From Carnobacteriaceae bacterium (GTDB lineage Bacteria > Bacillota > Bacilli > Lactobacillales > Carnobacteriaceae_A), in the NCBI GenBank assembly GCA_043424675.1, contig JBHWPB010000075.1:1130-65129 (forward strand): a stretch of DNA of 64,000 bases, read 5' to 3'. The notes under the pieces are model-generated. The model was given only the letters and a program-made list of their open reading frames with translations. It did no database searches and had not been told where the DNA came from. The position numbers and the translations under genes are program-made. Positions 51,705-61,380 of the stretch are shown in pieces (position 1 is the first letter of the stretch; each line of letters starts with the position of its first letter).

Positions 51705-53162
51705 CTATAAGATCCGTCTCCTCCAAACATTAGGTGTAAACAACACTAAAATCGGGTATATCTCAAGACGTCCAACAATAAAGAGAAAAGAAGCAAAGAG
51801 CTTGGTTGGAGCATTAAAATGAGCATAGGTTCCCAAAGGCCCCACCTCATTAAAACCAATTCCTATATTATTTAAAGCGGCTGCCGCTGCAGAAAAAGCA
51901 GAAGCGAAACCCTCTGTCTCTAAACTAAAGATTAAAATAGAAAGAATAAAGATTAAAATATAGACTAAAAAATAGTTAATGATAGGACGCATCTGTCTGT
52001 CTTTGACAACTTCATTATTGTAGCGCGTTGTCACGATACGATGGGGATAAGAAATTCGTTTGATTTCAGAAAAAGTTTCTTTGATTAAAAGAACCACTCT
52101 TGAAACTTTCAACCCTCCTGCTGTAGATCCGGACATTCCTCCTATGAACATTAAAATAAGTAAAATTGTTTTAGCAAAAATTGGCCATACGTCAAAATCT
52201 GCTGTGAGATAAGATGTCGTCGTCGAAAGAGAAGCAACCTGGAATAAGCTATCTTTCAAGGACCCAACAAAGTTCCCGCCATTTAAGACGAGAGTAAGGG
52301 TGATGAGGATGACAGCTACCGCTAAAAGAGAGGAATACCAGCGCAACTCTTCATCTCTCCATACCTCTTTGACTTGTTTGTTAAGCAAGTGAATATACAG
52401 ATTGAAATTCGTTCCAAAGGCAAGCATAGAAATAACTAAAACAGCTTGAACATAAATCGAATCATAAGGAAGTAAGGGAGATAGAAAAGGGTTCATCCCT
52501 GCCGTCCCCGCTGTTCCAAAAGACAGCAGCATAGAGTAAAAGGGAGAAACTCCTCCAATAATAAGGGCTAGAATAGTGATAATAGTAAGAGTGACGTACA
52601 AGCTAATCAGGCGTTTGGTAGTCTGCGAGACACTGGTTTGCAGTTTGCCCAGTTTTGTGCCCGTCGATTCTGCCTGGATAACGTGGAAAGCAGAAGCATT
52701 AGACTGGGGAAAAATAGCCACCGCAAAGACAAGGATTCCCATCCCGCCAAGCCACTGCGTCAGACTTCTCCAAAATAAAACTGAAGGCTCAAAAACAGAA
52801 ACATCAGGAACCACACTTGCTCCTGTTCCTGTGAAACCACTCGTCGACTCAAACAAAGCATCGACGATGCTGGTGAGGTTGCCACTTATTAAAAAAGGAA
52901 GCGCTCCGATAAGCGACAGAGAAATCCATGTCAAAGCGACAATCATAAAGCCTTCGATTGTATATAATTCTTCAAACTTTGTCTGTCCCTCTCGATTCAA
53001 CAAGAGATAGAGAATGAAACATAATAAAGCGGGAATTAAGAAACTAAAACTGTTTGTCCAAGGTTCACCGGATACAAAAACGATTAAAGCAGGTAAAAGT
53101 AAAATAAGTCCTTGCAGTCCTATAATTCGACTTACGCTTGTAGATATAACATTGACATTCAC
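51705..53162 (-). CDS. trkH: TrkH/KtrB-family potassium transporter membrane subunit
   Basis: 485 aa, polytopic, with repeated MPM-type pore segments (TGFTGTGAS, GTAGMN, GGMSGSTAGGLK). Overlaps the trkA stop by 4 nt. Confidence 0.88.
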   Translation of the reverse strand: MNVNVISTSVSRIIGLQGLILLLPALIVFVSGEPWTNSFSFLIPALLCFILYLLLNREGQTKFEELYTIEGFMIVALTWISLSLIGALPFLISGNLTSIVDALFESTSGFTGTGASVVPDVSVFEPSVLFWRSLTQWLGGMGILVFAVAIFPQSNASAFHVIQAESTGTKLGKLQTSVSQTTKRLISLYVTLTIITILALIIGGVSPFYSMLLSFGTAGTAGMNPFLSPLLPYDSIYVQAVLVISMLAFGTNFNLYIHLLNKQVKEVWRDEELRWYSSLLAVAVILITLTLVLNGGNFVGSLKDSLFQVASLSTTTSYLTADFDVWPIFAKTILLILMFIGGMSGSTAGGLKVSRVVLLIKETFSEIKRISYPHRIVTTRYNNEVVKDRQMRPIINYFLVYILIFILSILIFSLETEGFASAFSAAAAALNNIGIGFNEVGPLGTYAHFNAPTKLFASFLFIVGRLEIYPILVLFTPNVWRRRIL

Positions 53163-54526
53163 TTGACCACACGACCTTCTAAAATATCATCAATATCATC
53201 AAAACGTTTATGAGCGGTTACAATAATAATATGATCATCGGTCTGGATCGTATCGGAACCCGAAGGAACAATGATTTTATTATGTCTTACAATCAATGAG
53301 ATTAAGGTATGCTTTTTCAAGTCGAGTTCCATGATTGTATTATTTGTAATCTGGCTGCCCTCTTTCACGCGGAACTGAAGGACTTCTACATCATTTTCTT
53401 CAATTCGAATGACAGCTTCCATATCAGAGATAGAAGGGTTGGCAAAAGAACGGACAAAGCGGACAATCTTATCTGCAATAGTAAACTTAGGGGTAATAAC
53501 AGTCTGCAGTTCTGTCTCCCCTAGTATTCTTAAAAGCGAGACCCGCGAAACCTGCGTAATAACCTTCCCTATCCCTTCAGACAGAGCATAAAGAGAAGTC
53601 AAAATGTTTTCCTCATCATAAGGACGAACACATATAACAGAGTCGAAACTTGTCATATGTTCTTCATCCAGAAATTCTTGATCGGTCCCGTCCCCATGAA
53701 TGATCAATGAATTAGGATATTTCTCGGCAAGTTCATAGGCGGTTTGATAGTCCTCTTCTATCACCTTGATTGAAATATGTAATTTTTCTAAAAGACCGAT
53801 CAGATAATAGCTGATGCGGCCGCCACCGATGATTAAAGCATTTTTGATCGGTCGATTACTGTAGCCGGAGGCAATATAAAAACTGTTGACGTCAGGCCGC
53901 GCTCCTATAATGTAGATTAGGTCGTCAGCTTGGAGAACATCATCCCCGCTTGGGACAATACTCTCACCCTCTCTGACGATGACAGAAACAAGGATATTCT
54001 TAAAAGATTTTCTGAATTCAATTAAACTCAGTCCTTTTAAAAAGCTGTCTTCCGAGACAAGTATCTTAATCATTGCCACCCGGCCCTCCTCAAAAAACTC
54101 TACATCATAGGCGGAGGGAAATTGAGTAATGTGCGCAATAGCCTGCGCTGCTTCGTATTCGGGGTTGATCATCATAGAAATCCCCAAATCCTGACGCATA
54201 AAATCAGCATGATCAGCGTATTCTGGATTTCTTACTCGGGCGATCGTGTACGTTGCTCCTAAGTTTTTTGCCATGATACAAGCGATCATATTGATCTCAT
54301 CCTGCGAAGTGACGGATATAAAAACATCACAATTCTCCACTCCCGCTTCTACCAGATTCTCATAAGAGGCTGCATTTCCGACTAAGCCGTCAATATCTAT
54401 TTTAGACAGTATCTTATCGAGGAGCTCTCCTTCCTTTTCAATTAAGACAATGTTATTCCCTTCTTCAAAAAGTTCTTCTACCAGGGTGTGGCCGACAACG
54501 CCTCCCCCAGCTATAATGATATCCAT
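53159..54526 (-). CDS. trkA: Trk system potassium uptake protein TrkA (tandem RCK domains)
   Basis: 455 aa with two NAD-binding TrkA-N folds (IIIAGGGVVG and LIIGGGRISY), each followed by a TrkA-C domain. Confidence 0.9.
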   Translation of the reverse strand: MDIIIAGGGVVGHTLVEELFEEGNNIVLIEKEGELLDKILSKIDIDGLVGNAASYENLVEAGVENCDVFISVTSQDEINMIACIMAKNLGATYTIARVRNPEYADHADFMRQDLGISMMINPEYEAAQAIAHITQFPSAYDVEFFEEGRVAMIKILVSEDSFLKGLSLIEFRKSFKNILVSVIVREGESIVPSGDDVLQADDLIYIIGARPDVNSFYIASGYSNRPIKNALIIGGGRISYYLIGLLEKLHISIKVIEEDYQTAYELAEKYPNSLIIHGDGTDQEFLDEEHMTSFDSVICVRPYDEENILTSLYALSEGIGKVITQVSRVSLLRILGETELQTVITPKFTIADKIVRFVRSFANPSISDMEAVIRIEENDVEVLQFRVKEGSQITNNTIMELDLKKHTLISLIVRHNKIIVPSGSDTIQTDDHIIIVTAHKRFDDIDDILEGRVVK

Positions 54527-54623
54527 ACTTTACTCCTTTGCCTCTCCAAAGACTTTCTGACAAGGTTCCTTCCAGCGACACTATTGGCTTCCATTTTGCC
54601 CCAATTATCATATAATTTCAATC

Positions 54624-55106
54624 TCAAAAGAGAATCGTAATAAAGAACCAGATAATCATAATGAATTGAATGATACCTTCTGCAAACTGACCGCTCAGAA
54701 AGCCTATAAGAGTCGCTGCAGAAGATTTCAAGGCGTCTTCAAAATTTTCCTTTTCAAAAAATTCTGTTAAAAACACGGCCACGAAAGGCACCCAGATAAT
54801 TCCATAAGGCGGAGTGATGAAAGAGCCTAAGATCACACTGACAACTGCGACTCGTTCACCCTTTTTGCTTCCTCCAAACTTTCTCACTGCAAGAGAACTT
54901 GCTAAGAGATCTGCTAACAGAACAATGACAGTAAGGATGATCATTGAAATCCAAAAGAAGCTGCCTAAAACCTGTGAATTGATAAAGAAATGATAGATAA
55001 GGAAGCCTATCCATACAGCAAATACAGAAGGTAATATTGGAAAGACTAATCCGATAAAACTTAAAACAAAGAAGCCAATGACAAGTAACCATAAAAATAT
55101 TTCCAT
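54624..55106 (-). CDS. DUF456-family membrane protein
   Basis: 160 aa with four TM helices. The N-terminus GLVFPILPSVFAVWIGFLIYHFF is typical of the family. Confidence 0.6.
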   Translation of the reverse strand: MEIFLWLLVIGFFVLSFIGLVFPILPSVFAVWIGFLIYHFFINSQVLGSFFWISMIILTVIVLLADLLASSLAVRKFGGSKKGERVAVVSVILGSFITPPYGIIWVPFVAVFLTEFFEKENFEDALKSSAATLIGFLSGQFAEGIIQFIMIIWFFITILF

Positions 55107-55203
55107 AAGATCTTCTCCTCTTTTAAAATACTTCTGGATTTTACTCCAGCCTACTCATTTTATTACAGATAGTGTTCTATAAGAAAGTCTCAGGCTTTGG
55201 AAA

Positions 55204-55240
55204 TAAAAAAACGTTAATGAAAGCTATTCTCTCATTAACG
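55204..55240 (-). terminator. Rho-independent terminator after the GMP-synthase-like gene
   Basis: On the minus strand, CGTTAATGA pairs with TCATTAACG and is followed by TTTTTTT. Confidence 0.65.
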
Positions 55241-55252
55241 CTCTGAAATAAT

Positions 55253-56197
55253 TCATTCGTACTCGATGGTTCCTGGTGGTTTATCTGTAATATCATACAG
55301 GACACGGACCACCTTCGGGATTTCATCCGTGATGCGCGTCGAGATATTGCGCAGCAGATCTACAGGCATCTCATACCATGTCGCTTCCATAGCATCTTCC
55401 GTTTCAACAGCTCTGATAAAGATAGGGTAAGCAAAGTTTCTTTCGTTGTTGAACTTCCCAACCACTTTGAAATCTGGAATAGCAACAAAATACTGCCAGA
55501 TTTCATACTCTAAACCGGCTTTTTCCACTTCATCTCTATAAATATAATCCGCTTCTTTCAAGATCTCCAAACGTTCCTTTGTTATTTCTCCTAAGACGCG
55601 CACCCCTAGACCTGGACCAGGGAAAGGCTGACGATAAACGAGCTCATCTGGCAGTCCCAGTTCCTTCCCTACTTCACGCACTTCTGGTTTATACAAGGTG
55701 CGGAGCGGTTCAATAATGGTAAAGTTAACATCTTCTGGAAGACCTCCGACATTGTGGTGACTCTTGACAAGCTTGCCAGCTTCATCCGTTCCGCTCTCTA
55801 CAATATCCGCTGCAATAGTCCCTTGAACTAAGAAGTCGTGGTCAGAGAGTTTCTGTTGTTCTTCTTCGAAGACACGAATAAAACCTTCTCCAATAATCTT
55901 TCTTTTTTCTTCAGGATCACTCACTCCTTCAAGTGCATTTAAAAAACGGTCTTGTGCTTCCACTACAATTAAATTAATATCGAATTGTGCCGTAAAGACA
56001 TCCTCGACATACTCGCGCTCGCCTTTACGTAATAAACCTGTGTCGACAAAGACACACGTCAAGTTGTCGCCGATAGCTTCGTGCATCAAAACGGCACAAA
56101 CGGACGAGTCGACTCCTCCGGAAAGACCAAGGATTGCTTTTTTGTCGCCCACTTCTTCTTTTATCTCAGTAATAGCTTGTTCTACAAATGTTTCCAT
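55253..56197 (-). CDS. GMP synthase ATP-pyrophosphatase plus dimerisation domains only (no glutamine amidotransferase domain)
   Basis: The ATG at 56197 follows AGAGGAGGA. 314 aa. PP-loop [35 protein letters not shown] and C-terminal KPPGTIEYE align with residues about 200-end of canonical GuaA. Confidence 0.8.
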   Translation of the reverse strand: METFVEQAITEIKEEVGDKKAILGLSGGVDSSVCAVLMHEAIGDNLTCVFVDTGLLRKGEREYVEDVFTAQFDINLIVVEAQDRFLNALEGVSDPEEKRKIIGEGFIRVFEEEQQKLSDHDFLVQGTIAADIVESGTDEAGKLVKSHHNVGGLPEDVNFTIIEPLRTLYKPEVREVGKELGLPDELVYRQPFPGPGLGVRVLGEITKERLEILKEADYIYRDEVEKAGLEYEIWQYFVAIPDFKVVGKFNNERNFAYPIFIRAVETEDAMEATWYEMPVDLLRNISTRITDEIPKVVRVLYDITDKPPGTIEYE

Positions 56198-56336
56198 AGT
56201 TCCTCCTCTTTCTTTTCTTTTGATTTCATCATACACTTTTTTTATGATGAAGTATAATTGTTTGAGAGAAATTACACTTTTACAAACGGTCTCAGATAAT
56301 CTACAATTAAGAAAACTAGAAAAAGAGGAGCAGAAG

Positions 56337-57065
56337 ATGTCTAGGCAAAATAAAAGTGGGCAATCATCTAAAAAAACAAAAAATTATTTCACGCGGATTC
56401 TCGGTCTGATTTTCATTGTAGCTGGAATTGGAATGGTTATATGGAATTTTATTCCAGATTTTTTGATCGGCCAATACGCAGCTCCCAACCAGCAGAATGT
56501 TCATGAAATTACTGCTGAACAAATCGAAAAAAACGCACAAGCTCCTGGAGAAATAAACTATGATGCCGTCGATGAGGTCAGTGCTGAAACAACACTGAAC
56601 GATGCTTCTGAAATACCTCTGGACTATATCAGCGGCCAGCTGGTCATCCCAAGTATCGGCCTGGACCTCCCCATCTATAACACCTTAAACAATGAAACGC
56701 TTCTCGCTGGGTCCGCGATTATGCGTGAAGATCAAGTGATGGGAGAAGGCAATTATCCCGTAGCGGGACATTATACCCATACCTCTGATTATCTCTTTGG
56801 CCCCTTGCGTGATTTGGAGGAGGGTGCGAAAATCCGCTTGACAGATAAACAGAAAATTTACGAATATACTTACATGGAGCACCAAGTTGTCTCACCGACA
56901 GCCCTAGGGATGATTAGTGACGAAAGAGCGAATGACTACGACAAACCTATTATTTCTCTTATGCAGTGTTACTACGTTGATTATGCCAACACTGGAGACC
57001 GCGAGTTCTTTATAGGAGAACTCACCGATGTGTTTCCTTATAGCGAAGAAGCTCTATATCAATAG
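56337..57065 (+). CDS. Sortase (class A-like), with a variant active-site context
   Basis: The ATG at 56337 follows AGAGGAG. N-terminal TM anchor, His motif PVAGHYTH, Cys in ISLMQC, and Arg in DREFFIGEL. The first 99 codons of the ORF-track ORF are antisense to the neighbouring gene and are not counted. Confidence 0.8.
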   Translation: MSRQNKSGQSSKKTKNYFTRILGLIFIVAGIGMVIWNFIPDFLIGQYAAPNQQNVHEITAEQIEKNAQAPGEINYDAVDEVSAETTLNDASEIPLDYISGQLVIPSIGLDLPIYNTLNNETLLAGSAIMREDQVMGEGNYPVAGHYTHTSDYLFGPLRDLEEGAKIRLTDKQKIYEYTYMEHQVVSPTALGMISDERANDYDKPIISLMQCYYVDYANTGDREFFIGELTDVFPYSEEALYQ

Positions 57066-57072
57066 CTTGAAG

Positions 57073-57102
57073 ATACAGATCAAAAAAGATCTGTATTTTT
57101 TA
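57073..57102. terminator. Terminator between the convergent sortase and tag genes
   Basis: ATACAGATC-AAAAAA-GATCTGTAT followed by TTTTT. Confidence 0.7.
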
Positions 57103-57105
57103 TAC

Positions 57106-57669
57106 TTATTTTTTCAAAAAACAAGAAGTTAAATGGTCATCCACCATTCCAGATGCTTGCATAAAAGCATAACCAGAAACAGGTCCGATGAAAGAAAAAC
57201 CATCTTTTTTCATCTGCCTGCTTATTTTCTCACTCAAGTCCGTTTGATCAGGTACATCTTCCGGCTTTTGCGGATGTTTTATAATGGGCTTTCCCTCTAC
57301 AAAACTCCAGATATAATCAGAAAAATCTATTCCTTTTTCTTCCAGTTCCAGATAAGCTCTCGCATTTTTTATGATACTGACTAACTTCAACCGGTTTCGG
57401 ATAATTCCTTCATTTTCCATCAAGCGGTCGATATCCTTCTCATCGTATTCTGCGATCTGATGCGGATCGAAAAAATCAAAAGCTTCTCTATAATTCTCAC
57501 GTCTCGCAAGGATTGTCCACCAACTCAATCCTGCCTGCTGACCCTCTAGACACAGCAGCTCAAATAATTCTCTATTATCAAAAGTCGGTTTTCCCCACTC
57601 TTTATCATGATATTCAACGTATAAAGGTTCATCCGTCACCCAATGGCACCTTTCTTTAGTCATTTCCAT
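57106..57669 (-). CDS. tag: DNA-3-methyladenine glycosylase I
   Basis: 187 aa. CHWVTDEPLYVEYHDKEWGKP and downstream HhH-like segments are typical of Tag. Confidence 0.88.
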   Translation of the reverse strand: MEMTKERCHWVTDEPLYVEYHDKEWGKPTFDNRELFELLCLEGQQAGLSWWTILARRENYREAFDFFDPHQIAEYDEKDIDRLMENEGIIRNRLKLVSIIKNARAYLELEEKGIDFSDYIWSFVEGKPIIKHPQKPEDVPDQTDLSEKISRQMKKDGFSFIGPVSGYAFMQASGMVDDHLTSCFLKK

Positions 57670-57777
57670 TCTCCTTTTTTATTCATTCTTCCTTCTAAAG
57701 CTACGCTGTTCAGTTCTAATTAATTTTAAAAAACCAAGATACAAAATTTCGCAGCTTGGCATTTTATAGTTTCTGTT

Positions 57778-58377
57778 TTATCTTTCGAGAAAGTTTTTAG
57801 CAGCTCGGAGCACTTCTTGTGTGACTTGGTGAGTGTGTGTCCACACCTGTGTGACGTCCGCTCCGGCACTATCTAAATCTTCTATTACTTTCTTGCTTTG
57901 AGCTTGGCTCACAATCGGATCCTGTTCTCCGAGAGAAAGAAAAACTTCTCGTCCTGACAAGTCTTGCGAAAAATCTACTTCTTCAGGATACATAGGAGCC
58001 ATGAGGATTGATTTTTGGAAAGGCGTCTCTTCAGTCAATAAAACGTGAAGCGCAATATTTGACCCATTAGAAAACCCTACTGGAATGAGAGAGCTCAGCG
58101 CAATGTCCAGTTCAACTGTTTTCTCTTCTAGGAACTCCATGAACTGCTTGCCTCTCATTTCGAGGTCTTCCATATCGTAATCTCCTTCAGCACGACGCTT
58201 GAAGAAGCGCAAACTTCCATTTTCATCGACATCTCCTCTCAAGCTCAATACACCGTAATCAGGGTTGAGAAAGGTTGCGATCTGTAACAGATCATTTTCA
58301 TTTCCGCCCGTTCCGTGTAAAAGTAAGAACGTCGGGTTATCGCCTTTAGCTTCTTGATAAATATATTCGTAAGTCAT
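57778..58377 (-). CDS. Alpha/beta hydrolase of the phospholipase/carboxylesterase type (MhqD-like)
   Basis: 199 aa with LLLHGTGGNEND, nucleophile elbow GFSNGSN and a C-terminal His. Lies downstream of three VOC dioxygenase genes. Confidence 0.75.
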   Translation of the reverse strand: MTYEYIYQEAKGDNPTFLLLHGTGGNENDLLQIATFLNPDYGVLSLRGDVDENGSLRFFKRRAEGDYDMEDLEMRGKQFMEFLEEKTVELDIALSSLIPVGFSNGSNIALHVLLTEETPFQKSILMAPMYPEEVDFSQDLSGREVFLSLGEQDPIVSQAQSKKVIEDLDSAGADVTQVWTHTHQVTQEVLRAAKNFLER

Positions 58378-58391
58378 TCTATCCGCTCCTT

Positions 58392-59285
58392 TTATAATTT
58401 TAGTGGTGGCAGACTGGCTTCTATTTCTTCTCGTTGATCTGCGATTTGTTCTGGTAACTTAAGACTTTTCCCTAGTCTATCTTCTGGTTCGTCTACTGTA
58501 AAGCCAGGGCCTTCTGTCGCAAATTCAATGGTAATGTAACCTGGTTCTCTCATATAAACTGATTCAAAATAATCTCTATTTTTAATTTCTGTTCCACGAA
58601 GACCTAATTCGTCTAGTTTTTCTCGCACATCTTTTAATCCCGCACGATCAGAAACATTCCATGCCATGTGATGAGTGGTACCCGGACCCCAGCGTCCGCG
58701 ATCCATTTTTTCTTTATTGATCACAAAGTGTTGGGGATTATCTGTATTGGTTTCATAGTGGTAGCCATATTCATCTGTCTCTAATCTCTCTGCATCCACC
58801 ATACTTTCAAATGCTTGCGTCGATTCTTGGGGATGTGCTGACAGCAGGACTAAGCCGTGAAAAGCTGTGATATCAGAATTCTCTGCCTCTTCTTCACTCT
58901 CGACTAGAGCGAGGGCCAGCCCATGCACATCTTCGAACTCTAATGTTTTACGCTGAAAGAGCTGACTGTCTCTTGTTTCAACACCATTTCCTTCCAAATG
59001 TTTTATCCATGTTTCTCCTGAGTCTTTTGGAATTCGGAAAGCAATTCTTCCGACTTGTCCGCTTCCTACACGCCCTGGACGCGCACCAGCCCAAGGGAAA
59101 GTAGTCATGACGAATCCTGGCGTCAAATCTTCATCAGAAAAATACAGATGATAAACAGAGGGATCATCGAAGTTAACCGTCTGCTTGACTAAACGCAGAC
59201 CAAGAACCTCAGTATAGAAATCATAATTTTCTTGTGGATCTCCCACGATAGAAGAGATATGGTGAATGCGATTAATTTTCTCCAT
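58392..59285 (-). CDS. Two-domain VOC/glyoxalase-fold ring-cleaving dioxygenase (MhqA/E/O-like), copy 3
   Basis: 297 aa with INRIHHISSIV...YFYTEVLGLRLVKQTVNFDD and a second VOC module with HHMAWNV. Confidence 0.75.
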   Translation of the reverse strand: MEKINRIHHISSIVGDPQENYDFYTEVLGLRLVKQTVNFDDPSVYHLYFSDEDLTPGFVMTTFPWAGARPGRVGSGQVGRIAFRIPKDSGETWIKHLEGNGVETRDSQLFQRKTLEFEDVHGLALALVESEEEAENSDITAFHGLVLLSAHPQESTQAFESMVDAERLETDEYGYHYETNTDNPQHFVINKEKMDRGRWGPGTTHHMAWNVSDRAGLKDVREKLDELGLRGTEIKNRDYFESVYMREPGYITIEFATEGPGFTVDEPEDRLGKSLKLPEQIADQREEIEASLPPLKL

Positions 59286-59296
59286 TTTTTAACTCC

Positions 59297-60253
59297 TTAA
59301 TTTCTGCTTGTGTCAAAAGGTTTAATGACACTTTCAATGTAGTCACGTTTCGGCTCTAAGTATGGAGGCAAGGCTAAGCTCTCCCCTAGTGTTGCATAAG
59401 GCTCATCACCTGTAAAGCCTGGACCGTCTGTCGAAAGTTCGATCAAAATATGGCCGATACGAGCATATAAAGCCTTAAAGTAGAAACGTTCGACAACACC
59501 TGAATTGCCGATTCCCAGCTCTTTATAAACCTCTAGCCATTCTTCTAGGGCTTTGACATCATCGACCCGGAAAGCCACATGGTGAACTTGACCGTCTCCC
59601 GGCATGGCAGGCTCACTTTCTGTATCTCTTTTTAAGATCATTTGACCGCCGTTGCCGCCTTTACCTACTTCTAGAAGAACGCCTTCTGGAAATTCTTTGA
59701 CGACTCTGAAATCATAGATTTGTCCCATAAGGGCGCGGAATTGGTCGAAATACTCGACAGTAATCTCGATCGGTCCTAAGCCGTAAATCGCTTTGTCTTC
59801 CGGAACTGGACCTTCCTTCCAAGGCGTCCCTGGCTCTACCCCGTCGTCATTCTCATCTGAAAAGAGCTGGTAGCGTTGTCCGTCTTCTTCTTCAAATTTC
59901 AATATTTTTTTACCTAAAAACTCTTCGATTTCCTCATGTTTCACATCATATTCTTCAAAGCGTTCCTTATAATATTCTAAGGCTGCATCATCTGGAACAC
60001 GCAGACCCACACGGGAAATTTCATTGGTTCCGCGTCTTCCTTTTCCTCCCTGGTGGAAATCGAAGAAAGTCATATCTGTTCCTGGATTACCGATGTCATC
60101 GGCATAGAATGTATGATAAGTTTGAATATCATCTTGATTAACTGTTTTCTTCACCAAACGCATACCTAAAATTTCAGTAAAAAACTTGTAGTTTCTTTCG
60201 ACATCATCTGTCATAGCCGTCACGTGGTGGATTCCTTTTAATGCTTTACTCAT
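59297..60253 (-). CDS. Two-domain VOC/glyoxalase-fold ring-cleaving dioxygenase (MhqA/E/O-like), copy 2
   Basis: 318 aa with LKGIHHVTAMT...FFTEILGMRLVKKTVNQDD and a second module with VHHVAFRV. Confidence 0.75.
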   Translation of the reverse strand: MSKALKGIHHVTAMTDDVERNYKFFTEILGMRLVKKTVNQDDIQTYHTFYADDIGNPGTDMTFFDFHQGGKGRRGTNEISRVGLRVPDDAALEYYKERFEEYDVKHEEIEEFLGKKILKFEEEDGQRYQLFSDENDDGVEPGTPWKEGPVPEDKAIYGLGPIEITVEYFDQFRALMGQIYDFRVVKEFPEGVLLEVGKGGNGGQMILKRDTESEPAMPGDGQVHHVAFRVDDVKALEEWLEVYKELGIGNSGVVERFYFKALYARIGHILIELSTDGPGFTGDEPYATLGESLALPPYLEPKRDYIESVIKPFDTSRN

Positions 60254-60271
60254 ATTATCTTCCTCTTTCTT

Positions 60272-61168
60272 TTATAAATTTAATGGGGGTAGATTCTCTA
60301 AAATTTCTTCTTTATTCTCTTTCAAGTGCTCCGGAAGCACAAGTTCTGTGCCTAGACCGCCGGTGGATTCTAATTCCACCATATTACCCAAACCGGTGGT
60401 GACTAGTTCGATACGAACGTGGCCAGGCTCACGGTAATAGGTCGCTTTTTTATAGTCTTGTTTAGTCAGATCTCTGTTTTCAATACCCAGATCAGCGAGA
60501 CGTCCTCGCCAACGATCTAGCTCTTCTTTATCCGCTACTTCTAAGGCAAGATGATCCACTGTTCCCCGTCCCAGCAAGCGGCGCTGCATATTCTCTTTGG
60601 GGAGAATCAAGCGGTGTTTGTCTTCAGAAGGAGCGGTATAAACAAGATGTGATTTTGTCGCTTCTTCCTTATTGAAACCTAGTACATGTTCCAAGTGCTC
60701 TCCTGTTGCCTCGTAATCCGTCGAAAAAAGCTCGGCGCCATAGAAATCAAAAATTTCATCATCAGACGCTTCTTTTTCTCCTGCCACGATAGCTAAAGGA
60801 ATACCGTGAGGATCAGAAAATTCTAAGGTTGGAAGACCAAAGAGCTGTGTTTTACTAAACTCAACTCCATAATCGGATAAGTTGCTTTCCCATTTTTCTA
60901 AGCTGCTTTTTGGAACTTGAAAGGCAGTCCTTCCGCCTTGACCTCCGCCTTTTTTACCTTCGTGACGGTCGCGCCAATCAAAATAGGTCATCGCACTTTT
61001 AGAATCTTGTCCCTGGCTTGCAAAGAAGAGATGATAGGCATCTCCTTGAGCGTAGTTTACCGTTGCTTTAATGAGCGGAATTCTCAAAACACTGCGGTAA
61101 AAGGCAATGGTTTCATTTCCATCTCCTGCCAGTGCTGAAATATGATGGATTCTGTTGATGCTCTTCAT
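60272..61168 (-). CDS. Two-domain VOC/glyoxalase-fold ring-cleaving dioxygenase (MhqA/E/O-like), copy 1
   Basis: 298 aa with INRIHHISALA...FYRSVLRIPLIKATVNY and a second module with VDHLALEV. Confidence 0.72.
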   Translation of the reverse strand: MKSINRIHHISALAGDGNETIAFYRSVLRIPLIKATVNYAQGDAYHLFFASQGQDSKSAMTYFDWRDRHEGKKGGGQGGRTAFQVPKSSLEKWESNLSDYGVEFSKTQLFGLPTLEFSDPHGIPLAIVAGEKEASDDEIFDFYGAELFSTDYEATGEHLEHVLGFNKEEATKSHLVYTAPSEDKHRLILPKENMQRRLLGRGTVDHLALEVADKEELDRWRGRLADLGIENRDLTKQDYKKATYYREPGHVRIELVTTGLGNMVELESTGGLGTELVLPEHLKENKEEILENLPPLNL

Positions 61169-61325
61169 TTGTTTCCCTTCTTCTTAATTTTTTTCAATAG
61201 CCATTATACTTCTGTTTCGAATTAATTATAACATATCTCTTTCAAATGCCAAGCCCTTTCACTTACTTTCTGTAAGTTTATCTAATTTTAGACACAAAAT
61301 GTTTTTGCGTCGCATCTCTGTAGAA

Positions 61326-61363
61326 ATAAAAACCCATTTGAAAGATTCTCTCTCAAATGGGGG
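61326..61363 (-). terminator. Rho-independent terminator after the distal opuAC-like gene
   Basis: On the minus strand, CCCATTTGA pairs with TCAAATGGG and is followed by TTTTTAT. Confidence 0.7.
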
Positions 61364-61380
61364 AACTGTTTTATCTTATT

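Noticed and set aside
54527-54623. Possible c-di-AMP (ydaO-type) riboswitch upstream of trkA-trkH
   Set aside because: The spacer is only about 97 nt and contains a plausible promoter. It is too short and lacks the pseudo-symmetric conserved motifs of that riboswitch class.
56040-56336. N-terminal 99 codons of the 341-aa ORF-track ORF that would fuse to the sortase
   Set aside because: This part is antisense to the GMP-synthase-like gene. A strong RBS plus ATG at 56337, followed by a typical sortase membrane anchor, marks the real start.
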